Positions 32,513 to 38,368 of a stretch of DNA of 38,368 nt are shown here, one piece after another. Every line of letters begins with the position of its first letter. Position 1 is the first letter of the stretch. Both the position numbers and the translations under genes were made by a program. Under the pieces are notes generated by a model. The model was not told where the DNA came from and did no database searches. It saw only the letters and a program-made list of their open reading frames with translations. This DNA comes from a virus (Duplodnaviria > Caudoviricetes): positions 1-38,368 of the IMG/VR virus record IMGVR_UViG_3300032324_000298; one strand, written 5' to 3'.

Positions 32513-35418
32513 TGCCAACCTACACCAAGAAAATTGACGGAAGAGAATATACGGTTGATGCTGAAAGCGAGCCATCCGAGGCTGAGATCAGAGCATTTAT
32601 CGCTAGGCAATCAGCTCCCGCATCTGCTGTTGATTCAGCTCCCACTTCCGCGCCTGCTCCCGTAGCTGCTCAATCACAGGCAAATCAATATGCTCCCATG
32701 ATGGCGGCAGCGGCTCGCGCTGGTGGCATGGGTGGATTGGGTATGTCTGCTCCAATTCAGCCCGAGTATGGCCCCAACATTGTTCGTTATGGTGTTCCGG
32801 TTGCGGCGGGGCTTGCTACTGGTGGCGCGGGTTTCATCCCCACCGTTGGAACCGGGCTAGTATCTTCTTTCTTATCTGAAGCGGGTGCTCAAGGAATGGA
32901 AAAAATGCAGGGAACTCGCTCGGAATACTCACCACGAGAAATGGGGACGGCGGGTGCTATGGGTATGGCTGCACCAACTAGGCTTGCACCAAGGATGTTG
33001 CCCGCTGTTTCCAACTTCTTAGCAAGCTCCGCTGTTAATGTTGGCTCATCCGAGTTGGGTAGATTTATTCAGGAAGGAGAGGTAAAGAAGCCTTCTTCTG
33101 TTGAAGAATCAATAGTTCGCTTTGGTCTTCCTGTTGGATTAGCATCGTTTTCAAGTTTTACAGGAGGCAAGAACGCTAAGGCGCAAACAGCCAAAATGGG
33201 TCGTGATGATTTGATTTTAAGTCGTGGCGGTGGAAGTGTTATGCTTTCCGAGATTCTTCCCGACTATACCGGCCTTGAAGCCAAAGTAATCCGCGATGGT
33301 AATGAGTTTGCTATTAAGGCTCTGAATAACCTAGACGTGGAAATTGGGCCTATGTTGGCCAAGACGTATGAGGGAGCTAAGGATAGTGCCGAAATTGCCG
33401 GAAAGCTATCACCTCACGTTGGACAGCTAACCAGTTTGCAAGCCTTGGCTCGGACCTCTAGGGATGAGGCTATAAGGCTTGAAAGACAAGCCGCTGAAGC
33501 CATTGCTTCACAACGGGCAGATGCTTTGAAGTTAAGGGCGGATGCCAAGGATGCCGCAATGACCGCCGCTAAGGACAAGTATGTTTACGATCAGGGATTG
33601 GAACGCATTTTTGGCGGCGTATCGCAGAGGATTGGCACAGTGGTCAATGGGGCCAGCATGGACAATTTGCGTTCAATTGCTAGGGCTTCCAAAGACTCTA
33701 TTGAGGCAGGTTTGGACAGGGCCTATGCCAATCTCAATATTGGGTTGAATGACCCGGTTGTTTCCGTTGGGGATATTGTTAAGAGCGCAACCAAGGCTTC
33801 AGCCAAGGGACTTGGGCTTGAGGGCGATATTGCCAAAACTGAATTTGTAAACGCTCTTGGAGCAAGTCTCAAAACATTAGACCCAACGGGAAGCGGAGTC
33901 ATCTCGCTGGAGGGCTATCGCAAGTTTAGGGATTCGTTTGTCCGAGAACTAACAGAAGTAACAAAAGACCCCAATTATGCCAATAGGGTGGCTTCTAGCA
34001 GCTATGGCATCATAAAGGAAGCTGCGGATTCCTATATCGCTAAGAACATTCCAGCTAAGTCAGAGATTTGGAAACTCACCAATGCTCAGGCGGCGGCTGT
34101 GTATGGCGCAAAGAAAAGCAATGTAATTGAACTTCTCGCGGAGGGAGACATGAATGGTGTTCTTTCTTTGATGAAGAAAGAGGGGACGGTTGCTCCAATT
34201 CTGAATGAGGTTAATGCCTACGCGGATGCAATTACTGGATTGGGAGGGAGTAAGTCTCTGAATGCAGCCAATCGCTTCAAGAAAGACTTCTTGGGCGCAA
34301 TACGCGATACACTGGTCGAGGATAGTCTTAATTTCGGCAAGGGGCAGGATAGTGCGGCCAAAATCGTTGATTTTCCAAAGCTAATCACCACGTTGGATGA
34401 ACTGAGACAGCGTAAGTTTCCGGTTGAATTGCTAGATTTGGGTAGTGCCAAAGACATTAGACAACTTGCCCGCGTAGCTTCTGCTGGTGGAGAAGGAGGA
34501 ATGACCTCCGATCAATTCAGCAAATACATCCAAAATAGAAAGAATTTTGGAGAAGGGGCTGCTGCTGCTCGCACCGCTTATGATAGAGCCTATAAAGACT
34601 TCCTGATCTCCAATGATGTGAAGAATCGGGCTAATGCGGCTGCTCGTATGAGCAAAGAAGCCAAGGCTGCTAATTTCAAAGCTGGAGAAATTGAGGAAGC
34701 TCAAATTCTGGCCAAACAAGACCCCGTTGTTGCTCTTCTTGGCAACATGAACATGGGTTTGAGCAAGGACGCATCTCAGAATGGACGATGGGTTGCTAGC
34801 TTGTTCTCAATGAGCCCATCTGTTGTTGGCCAATTTGTTGATGCTTTACAAACAAGTGGGCGAACCAATGTTCTTGAAGACCTTAAAAAGTCAGCAATGG
34901 CTACGGTTATGCGGGATACGTTCTCAAAGACGGATGATGTCGCAATGAAACGTATTAACAGCAAGAACGCCCTCAACTTCTTCCAAGGTGAAAATGGTGC
35001 GGCACGGCGCGATATATTAAAAACACTAATGGGCAAGGAAGAGTATGCTAACTTTGAGAAAAACTTCTCTAAGCCCCTTGAGCGTATTGTTAACACAAGA
35101 GAGCTTCTTGGTGATAAATATTCTGATTTTGGTGATTTGGTAAGACCAGCAGTATCAGCCAAGGGGCTTCTTGAATCACGGGCCACTGGTGCTACTCTTT
35201 TCAAGACCGCATTCGACAATGTTAAAAAACTTGTTGATGAGCAGCGTTACAACACGATTTACGCTCTCTACGTCAACCCATCCACGGCTAATGCCTATGC
35301 TGCGGCGGCGTATGATGCTGATAAGTTCATTAAAAGTTCTGCTGCAAACTCTTTTGCCCTTAAACTGGCAATGGAAGAGGACAATCGAAACCTCAATCGG
35401 CAGGCTCCATCACGCTAA
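32512..35418 (+). CDS. Putative large DNA-ejection/internal virion protein
   Basis: 968 aa, Ala-rich helical with a Gly-rich hydrophobic stretch (GVPVAAGLATGGAGFIPTVGTG); last gene of the arm. Confidence 0.65.
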   Translation: MPTYTKKIDGREYTVDAESEPSEAEIRAFIARQSAPASAVDSAPTSAPAPVAAQSQANQYAPMMAAAARAGGMGGLGMSAPIQPEYGPNIVRYGVPVAAGLATGGAGFIPTVGTGLVSSFLSEAGAQGMEKMQGTRSEYSPREMGTAGAMGMAAPTRLAPRMLPAVSNFLASSAVNVGSSELGRFIQEGEVKKPSSVEESIVRFGLPVGLASFSSFTGGKNAKAQTAKMGRDDLILSRGGGSVMLSEILPDYTGLEAKVIRDGNEFAIKALNNLDVEIGPMLAKTYEGAKDSAEIAGKLSPHVGQLTSLQALARTSRDEAIRLERQAAEAIASQRADALKLRADAKDAAMTAAKDKYVYDQGLERIFGGVSQRIGTVVNGASMDNLRSIARASKDSIEAGLDRAYANLNIGLNDPVVSVGDIVKSATKASAKGLGLEGDIAKTEFVNALGASLKTLDPTGSGVISLEGYRKFRDSFVRELTEVTKDPNYANRVASSSYGIIKEAADSYIAKNIPAKSEIWKLTNAQAAAVYGAKKSNVIELLAEGDMNGVLSLMKKEGTVAPILNEVNAYADAITGLGGSKSLNAANRFKKDFLGAIRDTLVEDSLNFGKGQDSAAKIVDFPKLITTLDELRQRKFPVELLDLGSAKDIRQLARVASAGGEGGMTSDQFSKYIQNRKNFGEGAAAARTAYDRAYKDFLISNDVKNRANAAARMSKEAKAANFKAGEIEEAQILAKQDPVVALLGNMNMGLSKDASQNGRWVASLFSMSPSVVGQFVDALQTSGRTNVLEDLKKSAMATVMRDTFSKTDDVAMKRINSKNALNFFQGENGAARRDILKTLMGKEEYANFEKNFSKPLERIVNTRELLGDKYSDFGDLVRPAVSAKGLLESRATGATLFKTAFDNVKKLVDEQRYNTIYALYVNPSTANAYAAAAYDADKFIKSSAANSFALKLAMEEDNRNLNRQAPSR

Positions 35419-35635
35419 TCCCGTTCCCGCTCAGGTAGAATTGGAGGCCGCAATTGGCTCCGCCCACCACCTCACAATGGGCGGTTAGTTCTTTGTCCAC
35501 ACTTAGCATCCTGAACTTGTAGTGTTTAGGTAGCTCCATGAGCCTCTTGTCGTCCAATTGAACTAATACGCTTACCTTTTCTGGTAGGTTCTTAAACCAA
35601 TAGAGAGGGTCGTTAGGGGACAGGCCGTTGTTCAT
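35393..35635 (-). CDS. Hypothetical protein
   Basis: Last gene of the leftward arm; overlaps the convergent gene by 26 bp. Confidence 0.55.
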   Translation of the reverse strand: MNNGLSPNDPLYWFKNLPEKVSVLVQLDDKRLMELPKHYKFRMLSVDKELTAHCEVVGGANCGLQFYLSGNGISVMEPAD

Positions 35636-35709
35636 AGATTTTGTAAGGGAGGCTCAAACTCCCATCTTCAGTTTGGCCCCCACCTCGTCAGGTGGGCAGC
35701 ACTGAAATG

Positions 35710-36336
35710 TTATTCTTTAACACCATTACAAAAAGTATTGAGGTCGGCGTTGCGGCCAAGTTCAGCGTGCCATGTTTCGTCTGGCATTACAGCATACTCC
35801 ATAAGAGTGGCTGGGTTGGGATGGACGAATGAGTCATCATTCCATAGGATGCGGTTGTTAGGTTGGGCGGCAATTTGGCCTGAGCCGTCTTCCAATAGGA
35901 GCAGATGATAGCATTTATGCTCTGGGGGATATTGGGAGTAGCCGTTGTCCGTGTGGTCTAGGGTGAACCAATAGGAGGCCGGTACCATGAGCCCGTCCCT
36001 TGTGCGGTAGGAGCAGCCCATCTCCCGTAGGTATTCGTAGGCTGTTACCGAGAAATCCCATCCATGGCAGTCCCAGCTCTGGAGTTGTGGGAGTTGATGC
36101 CTAGGGCCGTTCTCCTCTGGTTCTGTATGCCGCAGTTTGTGTAGGGGTATTCTGGCCCACTGGCTACCCACTTCTGTCATTATGGAGAAGTGGAGGGCGC
36201 GGGATGGGAGGGAGGTAACTCCAAATATGACGCAGCGGTCAAAGCAGGCGGATTCCTCAATAGAACCTCGCAGGATGTTCTGGTCAACCAGTCCATAGAG
36301 GTGTTGAGGAACGGAGGCGTTGAGTGTGTGGTGCAT
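35710..36336 (-). CDS. Conserved phage hypothetical protein
   Basis: WDC, YWFTLD, EHKC and AQPNNRILW motifs. Confidence 0.75.
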   Translation of the reverse strand: MHHTLNASVPQHLYGLVDQNILRGSIEESACFDRCVIFGVTSLPSRALHFSIMTEVGSQWARIPLHKLRHTEPEENGPRHQLPQLQSWDCHGWDFSVTAYEYLREMGCSYRTRDGLMVPASYWFTLDHTDNGYSQYPPEHKCYHLLLLEDGSGQIAAQPNNRILWNDDSFVHPNPATLMEYAVMPDETWHAELGRNADLNTFCNGVKE

Positions 36337-36563
36337 TATGTTTTGGCGTGACGGTAATAAGTGCCTCTTTTCCCGTCAGCAATGACTCCCGCTTTCTTCT
36401 CAAGCGCACCTAGGGCAAGCCAAGACTCAATTCGTGATCGGGCTGTGCTTCTAGGGCATTTGTAGTTGTCCATGAAGTCTTGCATGGAAAACCATCCGTC
36501 CTTACGGGAAACGGTTTCTTCTGCCATTAGCTTGTCCATCTCACTCCAAGGGTTGGTTTTCAT
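36336..36563 (-). CDS. Putative winged-helix protein
   Basis: WFSMQDFMDNYKCPRSTARSRIESWLALGALEK followed by a wing-like hairpin. Confidence 0.6.
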   Translation of the reverse strand: MKTNPWSEMDKLMAEETVSRKDGWFSMQDFMDNYKCPRSTARSRIESWLALGALEKKAGVIADGKRGTYYRHAKT

Positions 36564-37294
36564 TAGTAGGTTTTTATGTTTGTGGGAGCGCGAAATTTGC
36601 CGTTGATGCCGCGCACTTGAAAGATGGAATAGCTCCCGTCGTCTTCTACCCAGCCATACACCCAGCCATGACTCCAGCGGAGTTTGCCGGTCTTACGGTT
36701 GGCGTAGCCGGGGTTGAGGTCGCACAAACAGCCTATGCAGCGGGCTTCCTGTGGCTTTAGACCGGGGGTTTGATAGGACTCTATGCTGTGGCAGTGGCCG
36801 AAAACTACGTTCCCGTAAATGCGGGAGTGAGAGGCGCAGGCTGACATTCCCGTGTGAAAGCCATGCACTACGTTCAAATGGCCGATAGAAACCACCCCTA
36901 GGCGGCTATCGTAGGGGATTAGAGAGGCTTTGTTCCTCTTTGCCACTGCTTGTATGTCCTTCACCATTCTTTGCCCCAAATCGGCTTTAACGGCATCTGT
37001 GGACTCGGCTAAGTCCCATGCCCTTACGTCGTGGTTGCCTAGCATTAGGGTGTTGTCCTTTCCTCCCTTGAAGAAAGAGTCGGCAAATTTTGCCCCCACA
37101 TCAAAGTCGTCCCTCATGCTGACAGCCCTGTCTTCCTCTGAGGCTCCCTGACGGATGGCTCCAAAGTCCCATAGGTCGCCAGCTATGATGCGTATCTCAG
37201 GGTTGAAGTCTTTGGTGAAGGCTAGGGCGGCGGCGCAGGCTTGAGAGTCTGCATGGTTGCCGTGAATGTCAGAGACTATGACGAATTTCTTCAT
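36563..37294 (-). CDS. Calcineurin-like metallophosphoesterase
   Basis: SDIHG, GDLWD, GNHD, HG and GHCH motifs. Confidence 0.9.
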   Translation of the reverse strand: MKKFVIVSDIHGNHADSQACAAALAFTKDFNPEIRIIAGDLWDFGAIRQGASEEDRAVSMRDDFDVGAKFADSFFKGGKDNTLMLGNHDVRAWDLAESTDAVKADLGQRMVKDIQAVAKRNKASLIPYDSRLGVVSIGHLNVVHGFHTGMSACASHSRIYGNVVFGHCHSIESYQTPGLKPQEARCIGCLCDLNPGYANRKTGKLRWSHGWVYGWVEDDGSYSIFQVRGINGKFRAPTNIKTY

Positions 37295-37295
37295 G

Positions 37296-37655
37296 TCAGC
37301 GGAGTTTAGCAGCTTTGCGGACAACCCGTTCCTCTGATGTCTTAATCTGGTGACAGGCTACACAAAGGGCTTGGTAGCCCTCCTTCTCTACAAACAGGCG
37401 TTCAATGAAGCTATCCCAGCTCACCCAGCCTTTGAGCGGGTCAACTACGGGATGGATGTGGTCAATCTTTATGTCCTTATTCCCTACGCTTTTTGAGCAT
37501 AGGGAACAGGTGTAGGTGTTTCTGGCAGTGCGAGCTTCCTTCTTGGAGGTAAACTTCGGTGCCCAACGAGACGAAGCCCTACGCAACGCCGAGGTAATGA
37601 AGCTCTTCTTGCGAGCCGCAGTCCATTGACCATTGCAGTAGGGCTTGTCGTTCAT
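37296..37655 (-). CDS. HNH endonuclease
   Basis: YTCSLC...IDHIHPV...QALCVACHQIKT. Confidence 0.88.
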   Translation of the reverse strand: MNDKPYCNGQWTAARKKSFITSALRRASSRWAPKFTSKKEARTARNTYTCSLCSKSVGNKDIKIDHIHPVVDPLKGWVSWDSFIERLFVEKEGYQALCVACHQIKTSEERVVRKAAKLR

Positions 37656-38140
37656 TGTTTATCGGTTGCTTTGCCGGTTAGCACTTTAATGATTTCTTCC
37701 GCTGTTTTCTGAAACGAAGGGTAATTCAAAACACTAAAACTCTTACCGTGTTTAGCGATGAACCATTCCCAATCCTTCTTCTCCTCGTCTGACAAAACAA
37801 GTTTTACAGGCTTGGCTTCACAGGCTTCTGCAATGATGGTAATAAGATCATCCTCCATTGAGATTGCGGCGGCGTGAATAGCCACCTTATCCGGCACTAT
37901 TTCCTGACGAATAGATGTGCATCCATCCTCGATTTTAATTAGCCAAAAACCATCCCCAAGCCCATCAAGGGCGTAGGGGTCATTCACTCGGACAAAACGC
38001 TTCCCGTCCTTACGGTAGAGTTTTTGATTTTCTCTGCGGGCTGCGAGCGCAAGCGGGTGGTCGGTTTGCCACCGATAACGAATCTCGGCTTGTAAGCGTT
38101 CGCATTCTTCTTTGAAGTAATCCCGATCTTTTGTTTTCAT
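37652..38140 (-). CDS. Hypothetical protein
   Basis: ORF with ATGA overlap into the HNH gene; start MKTKDRD. Confidence 0.65.
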   Translation of the reverse strand: MKTKDRDYFKEECERLQAEIRYRWQTDHPLALAARRENQKLYRKDGKRFVRVNDPYALDGLGDGFWLIKIEDGCTSIRQEIVPDKVAIHAAAISMEDDLITIIAEACEAKPVKLVLSDEEKKDWEWFIAKHGKSFSVLNYPSFQKTAEEIIKVLTGKATDKQ

Positions 38141-38144
38141 AATG

Positions 38145-38330
38145 TTATATTGTTTCCAGTGCAAAAATTAAAGCTAAGGCTTTGCTGTTAGCGTCGGTGA
38201 ATCCACCTATTCCGTTGTTCCATTCCCAACACCAAAGCTCCCCAAACTGCCACATCTTAATTCTATACCCCATAGTGGAAAGAAGGGAGGCTTTGGCACT
38301 CAGTATGGCGTGGGTGCGGGGTGTTTTCAT
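38145..38330 (-). CDS. Hypothetical protein (61 aa)
   Basis: The ATG overlaps the stop of ORF 12..239 across the circular join. Confidence 0.55.
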   Translation of the reverse strand: MKTPRTHAILSAKASLLSTMGYRIKMWQFGELWCWEWNNGIGGFTDANSKALALIFALETI

Positions 38331-38368
38331 GGTTGGTCTAAAACCTCTCTCCACGTCTCAACGTCGCA
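38316..38368. repeat. Terminal direct repeat, right copy
   Basis: Identical to 1-53. Confidence 0.95.

Noticed and set aside
35670-35700. Hammerhead ribozyme (CTGACGA on the minus strand)
   Set aside because: The motif closes a simple hairpin and the GAAA/UH three-way junction is missing.
1-38368. Stop-codon reassignment
   Set aside because: Gene density is high under the standard code, the core genes are intact, and the tRNA is not a suppressor.

Overview
The window looks like a complete, circularly permuted dsDNA tailed-phage genome of about 38,315 bp; bases 1-53 are repeated exactly at 38316-38368. The gene layout is podovirus-like, in two divergent arms. The minus-strand arm (8847 down to 1, continuing 38330 down to 35393) carries many small hypothetical genes, a signal-peptide-bearing lysozyme/transglycosylase, a DnaB-like helicase, a probable SSB, a PD-(D/E)XK exonuclease, two HNH nucleases, a SWIM-finger protein and a metallophosphoesterase. 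The plus-strand arm (9573-35418) carries a DUF559 nuclease, TerS, TerL, portal, scaffold, an SU10-type major capsid, tail adaptor and nozzle, two fibres, a holin-like cassette, small basic proteins and three probable DNA-ejection proteins. A tRNA-Thr(UGU) sits antisense inside the head operon. I found no DNA or RNA polymerase, primase, integrase or CRISPR array. The most notable items are: (1) a 1208-aa Q/N/A repeat ejection protein ending in a Hint autoprocessing domain; (2) a lysis-position cassette with a beta-helix-like protein and no endolysin, while the only muramidase lies in the early arm; (3) a symmetric palindrome array plus G-tracts at the divergence point; (4) several structured RNA leaders. 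All product calls come from motif recognition by eye, not from database searches.
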